Shown: positions 53,145 to 64,000 of the stretch, piece by piece
How the letters are laid out: the number at the start of each line of letters is the position of its first letter
Numbering within the stretch: the first letter of the stretch is position 1
Source: Bispira polyomma
Taxonomy: Eukaryota
Length of the DNA stretch: 64,000 bases
NCBI GenBank assembly: GCA_965649765.1
Contig: OZ287749.1
Span: forward strand, 2,604,001-2,668,000
Direction of reading: 5' to 3'
Position numbers and translations under genes: made by a program
The notes under the pieces: generated by a model
Databases searched by the model: none
What the model saw: the letters and a program-made list of their open reading frames with translations, nothing else
Told to the model about the DNA's origin: nothing

Positions 53145-53462
53145 ATATTACATTTGATATAGCGCACTTACAGATCGTTCTTTTAAATGAGCTTCCTCAT
53201 GGGCAGCCACTATGGGCACCGAGGTGCTTAAGGATGACCATTTATCAACTTCCCCAAGGATCTTTAATCTGCCACTGGAGATATTACTCAGTGACAGAAG
53301 ACCGCCATTTTAAGAGGTCATCCGAGCCACTACGCAAACTTGTGTTCAGATCTTGCCTAAGGATCCTATCCTACCAAATGAAACTAGCGACCGGAACCGG
53401 GAATAGAACTGGGGACCTTCTGATCATCAGACCAACACCTTAACCACTAGACCACGGGGGAT
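53145..53462 (-). mobile_element. tRNA-derived SINE family 2 (possible Nin/Deu-like central domain, L2-type tail)
   Basis: Reverse complement head TCCCCCGTGGTCTAGTGGTTAAGG...AGTTCTATTCCC (boxes A and B), centre TCGGATGACCTCTTAAAATGGCGG...TTAAAGATCC, tail GCGCTATATCAAAT. Other copies at 52135-52320 (-) and 63315-63515 (+). The domain assignment is from memory. Confidence 0.75.
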
Positions 53463-56400
53463 CACTTCCAACTAATTTAAATATGTCAGCAGATAACATG
53501 AAGTAGTACTTCTGAGTGACATGATCCTTGCCTAGAAGTAGTATATAGTATTTACTTAACTATGCTGTATGCTATATGAAAGGGCCATGGTAGCTTAGTG
53601 GTTTGGAGAAGTGCCTGCTTCACAATAACTGGCCTCTCACCAATGTGGGTACAAATCCCTTTTGTTTCTTCACTTAAGAAAGTTTGTCAGGTACTTGCTG
53701 TTTCTTCCACCATTGAATCTGGCCATCGCAATATGACCCAAACTGTTGAAAGCCGTAAAACTAAAAATGAAATCTGGTCCACGGACGCCAGAGCCTTAGG
53801 AAGGCTAGGGGAACATATGTCTTCTTCACATTAGCCCACATTTCAGCTTACATCACAATAACTCTACCTCAAAATCTGGTCCCCAATTTCAGTGTCTGAT
53901 ATCAGTGGGAGGGGGGGTTGGGGTGGGTTTTAATTGAGGGCCAGTTAGTGTGCCCCAGGGTATAGTAGGACTCCCTAGGGGCTTCCTTATCTACAGGGTG
54001 TGTCTAGGGGCAAGGGAGTGTAGAGGACTGGGTATGGGGGGAGCTTTTCAGTTTCTTATCACTTCCACTTAATTCTCTGTCTCTCAGATCAATAGCAATG
54101 GAGATTTGGGAACCAGTATGTGTGTCAGTGACAGTGTGGTGGATTGGAAACCAGGCTGGATTAGGAAGGAGGAGTTGGGGGGGGGGGGGGGGTTAACATC
54201 TTGCAAACTGTGCTGGTACAGATGTACCTCAGTAATATTTAAATATTTTGATTATAACATTTTTTCACTTGTGAAAGACTCTACAATTCACTGGACATGG
54301 TGCCGCCGTATGGGATTTTTGGCGTAATGGTACATAATGCTTAATAAACCCTCGGAAAACACAAACCCTTAAAACTGTGACAGTGGAACTACTTTCAATA
54401 TGACCGACCGTGCCCTGTCCAAGGAATTTAGCAAAATTTAACTCTATTATTTGACTATACATAAATTTAACTTCAATCAGCTCCAAATTTGAAAGGTCTT
54501 TCTCGGCCCACGTACGGCATTGCTTCACCAAATTTTATGTCAATCAGTTTAGTAAATGGTTGAGTTAGTCCTGGTTACAAAACAGATAAACACCAACCAA
54601 CGAGAGTATTGGTGAAAACATAACTACTTCCTTTGGCAGAGATGATAGAGATTATAACCCTGAGTTCTGTGAGTGAAGGTCACCAAATTAACAATACCTT
54701 AGTTTTAGTAGACACTAAGTCCTTGTATATTAAGTTATTAACCATTTAATAAAACAACAGGCAGTCATTTTAAACAACACTAGTCCATCTGATAAGAATT
54801 ACATAGTACCATATTATATCCTGAAATACAAAGCATTGATCATTGTCTTTTATATATAGCATCACTTAGGGAGTACCTGTTTCTTAGTGAATACTGATGA
54901 ATACTGATGAATAAATGCCCTTTGTTCCATTATTACTTTATTACCCACAACTCCCTTCTCTTTTGTGTAGTAAATTGTAAAGGCTGATTATTAATATATG
55001 AGTGTAGTTACTCTGTGGGACTGTGTCTATAAAAAATATGTAACTATCTGTTGTTCCTGTTCCATTAGGGAATAATAAATTATTACATAGATCTGAACTT
55101 ATGTTTTTTCTAAATTTGAAGTCACATTTTAGATATGAGTGTTTTGTGGAGAATCCAGAAGTAGGCGTGTTGATAGCGGAGTATTGGTGAGATCTGGAGT
55201 ATATTATTGTGTATAAGTTGGTACCTATGCTCTCTCTCGTTAATAGGACGAAATAATTGGATTCTCTCTTGACATCTTGTGGCAAAGGGGAAAGTCGTTT
55301 GGGGAGTAAAGAGGTCTAAAGGTGGCATCGCTTTGTGTAGATTGTGTGTGTGTGTAGTAGACAACAGACGTATTCTGTTAGTGTGTATGTAAAAAACCTT
55401 GCCCCCTTGTTTTACCAAAGTTTGTTAGATGTGAAATGCTCATGCTGCTGCTACCTTGTCATCCGTTAGAAGTAAACTAAAGACATACTTGTCTGCCAAG
55501 GCTTAAAATCCTTCCCTAGTTACATATCTATTCTAGCATCTTCTGGGATACAACCACCTTCCGTAAAGAGGATGTTTCAAGACTTGGATATGTGATCATG
55601 ATATATGCGCCTTTGAATCTAGTTTAATAAAAAGAAAGTGCTATAAAAGTTTGATTAGATAAAATTAGATGTACCCAAGCGTTTTGGTGGATTCATTTTA
55701 ACTTAGCCTATGTGTCCATGTTAGTGATGTGGCTGAGTTTTGTGTTTAAAAACTAGATTTTTGATCAGGAGGTGGACGTTAAACAGTAATCTGAGACTAC
55801 TTGAAACATAAAAACAGGCCACAAAAACGTTAGCAAGAAGGGTGTGATCAGATAATACTTCATTTCATTTGAAATATATTGGTGAATTTTTACCGTAATT
55901 TTAATAAACATTGCACACATAGTGATGTTTAAATAGAAGCAAAGACAGAAATGTCTCATTATCGCTCACTTGTTCAAAACCGACAAAAACATTTTAAGAC
56001 CGTACACCTCTATTTAGGTATGTTAGTAGCGATCAACATGTATTTATTCACTAATGCAGAAAATATGAGGGTGTGACGAATATTGAACTACTTCAGATTA
56101 TGTAATGAGTTTGTTTGCAATTGAAAAAAATGCATCTTTCACAATATTTTCAAGCCTTTTTGTGAGAATACAAAAACTTAACAAGTGTGGGGGGGGGGGG
56201 GGGGGGGAGGATCTGATAGCCTTTCCGCAAGACTCAAGTTGACAAGAATATAAAAAAAGAGAAGATGGATCCATTGGATTTAGTACAAGTATCTGATATC
56301 TCCTTGTAGAAGTCACCTCCTTGTCTAACTGTCCAGGGAGTGTATTCACATACGGTCTTAGTCCTCAGCTTAAGATTGATGTCTTAAAATATGGGGCCAT

Positions 56401-59400
56401 ATTAATTAGACATTCTTGGAATGCAATTCTTTTCTTAATCATAACCATAATGATGAACCAAAGATTTACGATTCTAATCTGCCAAAATGTAAACAAGTAG
56501 AACTGTGAACAGTACAAGTGGAATGTCCAATATATGCCAAGCACAGATTTAAAACTTGTAGAGTGAAAACCTCTACAATCGGAGCTCTAATAATTCTTTA
56601 AAGTGTAGAAAATTGCAAAAATATATCTTCCCACAAATATCTGGGCTACTATTAACAAACAATTCTTTGTCTTAAACTTTCATGTCTACCAATTTGACTA
56701 GCTGAAAATACTGTTTCAAAGAATTTGCTTGGCTGAGACTAACAAAATCCTCAGCAGATCGTCGTTTCAACTCAAGCTAAAAAAATGTTCCCATATATAT
56801 CTCTTCTTAGAGCGTAGATAAATAACAACTGACTGCATGTATGAATTCAGCATTGAAAGCTATTATAAAATGAATGGTTACATTTTGGCAGACTAGAATT
56901 GTGAAGCCTTAGTTCATTATTGTTAAGAAAACCTAGATCCTCAGGCCAGGCTTGGAGAAAGGCTTGTGTGGATTTCCAGCTTTTAAGTGAATGCACATTT
57001 TGTTAGTGTTGATGAAGCTATTGCCAGTCATTTCTAGGCATGGATGTGATCCTTTTATTAATTGAAGAGACTAGCTAGCTAGAAATGTAAACTAGCCAGT
57101 CATTGCCTAAGTGAGGTATGAGCAAAGCTTCTAGTACTTGTCTTGACAGAAAGAGAGGAAATAAATAAACAGACAAAACATTGACATGTAGGAGTAGCCT
57201 GGTGTAAGGCGCATGTGGTTGTATATAAATAAATAGACCAAACATTGACATGCACAACTAGCCTGATCTAAGGCTCATATGCTTGTAACAAAGTCTCATT
57301 AACATGTTTGAACCCCTAGGTTGTCGGCAAGTAGTGGGTGACATTTGTTACTCCCAGAACCTATGTCTGTCGGCTAGTGCATTCAGTTCCCAGCTAGTTC
57401 ATTCAGTTCCCGGCAATAGTTTTCTCTTTTGGTCAAAAGGGGTTAAACAATGAATTCTACAGTACAGACACATTGTAACTGTACAGTAAAGAATAGAAGT
57501 AAGATATGGGTGTTGACTGCTTTCTGAGACAGACATAGTACCTCACAAACAAAGATGTGGTGGTTGAAAAACATTATTGAGAAAGGGTTAAGTGTAGTCA
57601 AACCCCATTAAGTGGAACTTGTGTTGACTGGAATACACTGTTATGTAGAACTGCACCATTCATCCCATCTAGACTATTTGTATTCAGTTCTACCCTGTTA
57701 AGAGGAAGTCCTGCTTAAGTAGAGGTATTTCTTGTGGTGGTACTTTGAGGTTCTACTTAACAGGGTTCAACTGTCCACATATTTTGTATGAATTCTGCAT
57801 TTAATTTTTTGACTTTCTGACAAAACATGAGCAGATAAGCTAGGCTCCTCCTGTGTCCAAAACTAGATTAGGGGTTTTCTTTCTACCAGGGGAAAATGAA
57901 GAAGAATAGAATTCTGTGTGGAGAGAATGAATAGGATTTCTTTTTGCCTTAAATCTTGGTATGCAAATACTACTACTAGTGATGATGAGAAATGGTGCCG
58001 TGTTAAAGAAATAGAGAAAAAAGTGCCACTGTAAACGCAATGACGCGCGCACATGTGAATGTGGAGGCTGGTCTTTGATTCTATTTCATCGCTCATTTAG
58101 AAAGTATTTGTTAAATTAGGGGGTGTTTTTTAGAGAGAATGTTTCCTGAGAGAGGCGTGACGTGATGTGACGTGTTTTATTATAAGGGTTAATGTAATAT
58201 ACCAATCAACAGAACGCAGCATCTAGCCAGGCGAAAGGCTACAGTTTCATTTTTAATATTAAAAATATTATTGTAGCTGGCCAAATGGCCAATCTTTTCT
58301 CCAAAATTCTTAAGCTCAAATTGCTGCCTCAGACTCCAGCTAAAATGTCCCCATATTATATGTGTGCTTGGAGCGTAGATAAATGACATGTGGCTGCATA
58401 TTTAAATTCAGCATTAAAAGCTCTTCTAAAATGAATGGTTACAAGTATAGGTTAATTTTATATATAAAGGATCTTCTAACAAAGCCTTTCTAGTTGAATA
58501 AGTCTAAGTTTAATGGGTTTGTTTGTTCTATCGTTTAGAATACAGGTCTGGTAGACAAAGTTCTTACCTCTCTCACCTTGACCTTACTGACATTACCATT
58601 CTGGCATGTGTGGGTGGGTGTTCTTTCTTGGTTCCTTCTGTCCTTGCGCGGGGAACTTTAAATCCATTTCTACTTGATGCATTGTGTTGTTCTGCAAGCC
58701 AGCACTCCCTGGCCTGTATTCTCCAAAGTTCACTTGCTTATCTCGGCTTCAAGTTCAAAATCTAAGGTGACCCCCATATCTCTAGCTAAAGTGAGGTCCA
58801 GTCAAGTTGGACTGCAGTTTTGAATTCAGTGTTGAAAGCTTGTCTACTTTGAATGGTTACAATGTATAGGTTATTTCCAGAAATAAGGAATACCCGGTAC
58901 TTGTAATTTAGTTTTTAGTTTAAGTTTGAGTTTTTGTAGGAGAGAAAATAGGATCCGATTCTTTCTATAATTAACTCCTTAGAGAAGGGGACAGGGAAAT
59001 AGGAATAAAAGTGCCAAGAAGCAATCCTGCATGTAACTAATGGCAATCTTTCAGACTGGACAGAGTTCTAAATTTTGGATGTAGAGAAGTATATTAAAGA
59101 CCTTAGGATTGTAGTTCTTTAGTGATGGGTTTCCGCTGTGATTGAATCAAGGACAAATGTAGTATGAATGCCAGTATAATTTAGCTCTTGAGAACCAGTA
59201 CTTTATATTCTATTATATAAAGATCATCTGTGATAGTAAATTTTCTTAAAATTGACAGAGTTATCCCCAAAAATATACCCAGAAAAACTCTTTTGAAGAA
59301 TATTTTTTATTTCCTGCCAATTCTTTGCATCCTTTATTCTCCCAGATAAAATGTATGTGATTTCTCTAACTGTCTATAACTGCTGTAATTTGCTCAGTAC

Positions 59401-59526
59401 TCCACCAGTTCTTAGAAGCCAAAAAAGTTATCTGTAGCCCTATTTACTTATTTTTAAAAACCCCATCATTTTTGGACTGTTTAGTTCCAGTTATTTAGAA
59501 GTTAAACTTTAACCAGATCTAGGAGT

Positions 59527-59836
59527 CGACCGTGTTGGCCTAGTATTTAGAAGCACTGGCTAATAATTACTGACCTCTCACCAATGTGGGTTCGAATCCC
59601 CGTTTGTTTCCTTTATGTGGGAAAGTTTGCCAAGTACACAGGTACAAAGTCAATGTAGATTTTGAGATGGCTGAGGCCAAGGGTAGGCAGAAGCCAGTGC
59701 CACCCATGTACTTGTTGTAGATCGGTGGTTTACAGTGGCTTCAGCAATGGTTTCTTCCACACTTAAATCTGTCCGTCGTGATATAACCTAAGCTATTAAA
59801 AGCGATGACGTAAAAAAACTCAAATAAATTCAAATT
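59527..59836 (+). mobile_element. tRNA-derived SINE family 1, with a ~75-bp insertion at 59638-59711
   Basis: Box A TTGGCCTAGT, box B GGTTCGAATCC, body TGTGGGAAAGTTTGCCA...GGTGGTTTAC, tail AAATTCAAATTC. Copies or relatives at 53583-53770, 61123-61385, 17150-17320, 49585-49670, 46885-47050 (-), 26490-26730, 47770-47930 and 14925-15075. Confidence 0.85.
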
Positions 59837-60097
59837 CTATTTACACAGGAGACCTGTATAACAGTGGTGTATGTTTGGTCCAATTGGCTCAGTTTTCCCT
59901 CTTCATGGGCCCCAGAGAGTGTAATAAAAACACAGATGGAACTGAGTAACTAAACCAACAAATAGCTCTTACTGCTAATCTGTGGAACACTTTCCCCATA
60001 AATCCATTTAGCACATTTTGTTCTCACCTTTTTTCTGCCTCCAGTGATAGAGATGTAGAAGGGAGAGCATGCATTTCGAGAGACACAAAGGTTTTCA

Positions 60098-60130
<33 letters not shown>

Positions 60131-61516
60131 GTAGAACCTCTGTTATCTAGTATATGCATTTGTTCAGATAATATATGGTTCATAAAATCAAATATTTGGA
60201 TAACAGAAGTTTGGATGATAGAGATTTTACAGTACATGTTAAGAACAATTTAAACCTCTGCCATGGGTACAAAATGGTTTTAACTTTATAAGCTACAGAC
60301 TACTAGACGTCGCTGTAAGTTGGCAATCTGATGTAATATATCAATAGGTGAAAGGACTAACTTTTTTTTGACCGAAACCCCCATATTCTAGTAGTTACTG
60401 AGGTATTAAGTAAATTGTGTAGCCTAGACCCGTCTGATCTGGACATCTGATAGCATGTCAAAAAGTGAATGAATAACTTATTTGACTGATAACACCAATT
60501 TCCTTAGTATAGCAGAACCTCTAGGTTGGGAGAGCAAGATTGTGTTTGGATAATAGAAGGTTCATAAAATAGGAGAGGCATTTTAGTAAAAAACATTAGA
60601 TAAACGTGAATTTGCGAAAGTGGAAATGAGTTCATTAAATCCAATATTCAGATAACAGAAGTTTGGATAGTGGAGGTTCTACTGTACTCCTATACAAAAA
60701 GGTCTCGCTGGGCCATGGAGCTACACACAAATATGTATTGGCTTCTGCCTTTGTCTATGCCCATCAAGACCTCTACAAATGTTTAGTGCAAATTCAGTTC
60801 AGAAGTTTCAGCATAAAATCCTGCTGACCATTAAACAAACCGAAAGACAGTGAAGAAAACATAACTTCCTTGGCGTAGCTAACTAACTAAAACCAACACA
60901 TAGCTGTTACTGCTAATGTGCGGAACCTTTCCCCCATAAATCCATTTAGCAAGTTTCTTTCCTCGGGATCCGGGATCCGTGAGAGCAACCACACCTCACC
61001 TTTTTCTACCTCCATTAATATAGACGTAGCAGGGAATGTTTATTTCTTGAGGCACCTAAAGTTTTTCTAATATAAATGGATGACATTTGTTAGGAATTAC
61101 CATTACATTCTCCAAAGCTTCTGGTCTGTGGTGGCCTAGATGTTACAAGTACTTTCTTCACAATCACTGGCCTCTCACCGATGTAGAATCGAATTCTTGT
61201 TTGTTCCTTCATTTGTGAATGTTTGTCAGGTACTTCCCATAGTTGGGTGGTTTACAAAGTTTGTCAGGTACTTGCCGTAGGTCGGTGGTTTACAATGCTT
61301 TCCACCCTTGAAATCTGGCCGTTGTGATATGACATGAGCTGTTGAACGTGACATGAAACCCAACTAAATTCTCAATTTCAAATTCCTGGAATTTCGTGGT
61401 TTGAGACCTTTACCTGGCAATTGTGGTCTCCACACAGTAGTGTAGTCATTAGGGAGTTAGTCTGGTGATCTTAAGGTCCCCGGTTTTAACTCCCTCCCAC
61501 TTGGGGAAGCGCTTAG

Positions 61517-61705
61517 CCTACATTCTCCTGTACGATTTGTGACGAACCATGGGTGATTTTGACCCATTCAAATGCTATCTTTTCGCTCTGTGATCAAAAA
61601 TATCGCAAATCGCAGTAGCACACATAAGAACAAATAAAGATATTTTATAAAGAGAGAAAACTTGGCAATTGCAAATTGCTGCAAACCGCATGAGAAATGT
61701 AGGCT
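61517..61705. mobile_element. Harbinger-like MITE (TTA|GCCTACATTCTC...GAGAAATGTAGGC|TAA)
   Basis: TIRs with TTA/TAA flanks. Relatives at ~19340-19512 and 26030-26230. Confidence 0.7.
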
Positions 61706-62270
61706 AAAGGTAGATCACACTGCACCGTATCTGGATGGGGAGCAGTATAATTATTTGCAAAGAGATTTTGTTTGCTTTTTTAATTCACACTGGACAGAAA
61801 ATCTGGCCGAATCATACAAATATTTTGCAGGTGCTTGCTAGATCTGGTTGCCGGATCTGCCGAAAATTAGAAATGAGATCAGCAGATCCGGATCCATCTG
61901 ATGTGTTGATGCTCACTGTTTTTTTTTTTTGTGTCAAAATTATATGCATCCGCGATCCCCGGACCTCTGTATACGGCCTGTATGAATGGACCATAAGCTT
62001 GTAGAAATCCATTCATATTGTATGTTTAGGATTTAATTGTACTAGTAATGCATGGGGGGGGGGGGGGGGGGGGGGGTGAGATCTACAAGCTGTGTCTGTT
62101 CTTACCTCTAAGTGAAGAGTTGGTGTTTCCTTGCCCACCATTTGATGTGTGTAATCTGAGCCCTGTAGGAAGGCCTATGGTTTCTGATGTCTACTGGCCA
62201 GGGGTTGGGGCTCAAGTTTGTGGAATCATCTTGTTTGGTTTGAAACCAATATGTATTTGTATGAGTATAA

Positions 62271-62705
62271 GTGAACGTTTCCATGCAGGCAACTTTCTGA
62301 GGCGACCAGCCGACGTATAACAGGCAATTTTCAATTTTTATGTTTCTATACAATATTTGAGAAAAATCGATACCTGTATTTAAACCTCAATATCTTAGCC
62401 ATTTCTCAACCGATTTTGATGCAACAAAAAGTACAATATACCCAATAAAATAATCTTTCTCACCATAATTTCATTAAATTTATACCTTCAGTAATTTTCG
62501 AGTTATTTAAAAAAATGGCAATGTTTACAAGACGACGGGCAATGCCAGGCGATTTTTTTCGCTCCTAGTACCGAAAATATCGCCTAGCATTGCCTGTCGC
62601 CTATCGGCGTTGCTCACATGGAAACACTTGGTTATAAATCAATGAAACTAATAGAATCGCCGTCGCCTGGTCACCTCAGAAAGTTGCCTACATGGAAACG
62701 CACAC
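62271..62705. mobile_element. Harbinger-like MITE with ~45-bp TIRs, TAA flanks
   Basis: gtgaacgtttccatgcaggcaactttctgaggcgaccag...ctggtcacctcagaaagttgcctacatggaaacgcacac. A fragment of the same family lies at ~3350-3460. Confidence 0.85.
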
Positions 62706-62708
62706 TAA

Positions 62709-63033
62709 GTGTACGTCTCCACAAGTACCATTTTCGCCAAACCATGTACGATTTGCGATGGCGATTTGTTTCCTCCTTATAAGTTATATATAACTGTCTC
62801 CACACACACAAACTCTGTACTATTTGCGATTGCGATAAAAGTTTTTGCTTCTGGAGGGGAAATTTTTGCATGGTACAGAAAAATTACACAGAAGTGATCT
62901 TATAAACAATATAAAATTAATTAAAAGTCTTGTATCCTCTGTACTTAATGACACTGTAAAGACACAAACCACAAATATGTATCGCAAATGGTACGATCGT
63001 ACATCGCCAGATGGTACTTTGGGAGACGTAGAC
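62709..63033. mobile_element. Second Harbinger-like MITE directly abutting the previous one
   Basis: TAA|GTGTACGTCTCCACAAGTACCAT...ATGGTACTTTGGGAGACGTAGAC|TTA. Confidence 0.8.
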
Positions 63034-64000
63034 TTACAGCACAAAAGGTTAAGTACAGTGAAACCTCTATTATCCAAACTTGTAACATCCAAAAATGTTG
63101 GGGTTTTGATTTTTCACTCCCCCAAATTGATGTTTCCCTATTGTTTTTATCCCAACACGTCCTCATCAGACAGATTTGTTCAGATAATAGAAGGTTCATC
63201 AAATGCAAGGTGCATCTATGTATAAAAAATTATAGGGACATATAAATTTAGGAGAGTATGTGGAATATTAAGTTTATAAAATTGAATATTTGGATAAAAT
63301 AGAAGTTTTGGATATCCCCAGTGGTCTTGTGGTTAGGGAGTTGTTCTGGTGATCAGAAGGTCCCGGGTTTGACTTAGACAAGATGTGAACATGCATTTGC
63401 CTAGTGGCTCGAATGACCATTTAAAATGGTGGTGTCCTCTGTCACTGAGTTCTATTTCCAGTGGGAGGTTTAAAGATGCTTGGGGATGTTGATAAAGGAT
63501 GTCATCCTCAAGCCTCTTTCTCTTCAGTTGGAGGGAATGACAGTAACTGATGCAAGTTGACTGTTATAGTCATGAAAGGGTTAATTAGCGCTCTTGAATA
63601 CCAGATGAAGGTAGACATCTGTCTGCGGAGTGTGCAGAATACAGACGTTTTGGGTAATAGGGGTTTTACTGTATGTTGATGTAACTAGAGCCTTAGGACA
63701 GGCTACATATATCAAGTTATAATATAAAGCTACCTACTACTAGTCCCTGCCATCCATCAAGTTCTGATCCATCACCATGGCTGCTTCATCTATTCTCCAC
63801 CCTCCTCTCCCTCCCCCACAGTCCTTGTTCTGCCCTCACCCCCCCCCCCCCCTTTGTTAGTCACTGACCCCTTTAATGTTTAGTAACCCCCCCTCCCCCC
63901 AAAAATGGTAACTGACACTCACTTTGAAGTTAGGCTTTCCACAAATCACATTAATGAACTCTGACATATCTCATTTTGAGTTTTCTCTACTCTTTAAATA

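Noticed and set aside
59527-59605. tRNA gene
   Set aside because: Boxes A and B are present, but it continues into a multi-copy SINE body and no full cloverleaf is evident.

Overview
AT-rich metazoan nuclear DNA, probably a lophotrochozoan such as a mollusc (inferred from the 18S fragment and the repeat types). The window appears to lie inside one large + strand gene. Four small coding exons (15118-15266, 29426-29582, 37135-37262, 50453-50585) have canonical AG/GT sites and compatible phases. They splice into one ORF encoding the end of one Ig domain, a complete Ig domain and the start of the next, and match PTK7/CCK4/off-track Ig2-Ig4. The rest is intron, packed with tRNA-derived SINEs, several MITE superfamilies (some nested), a 2.3-kb Helentron/HINE-type element carrying a 142-bp satellite, minisatellites, long G/C homopolymers and an 18S rRNA fragment. 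The most unusual signal is that three consecutive exons are each followed by copies of their own 3' end plus splice donor. After the first exon these form a decaying 51-bp array whose youngest copies differ from the exon only at synonymous positions. No prokaryotic or CRISPR system is present, and nearly all of the ORF track is spurious.
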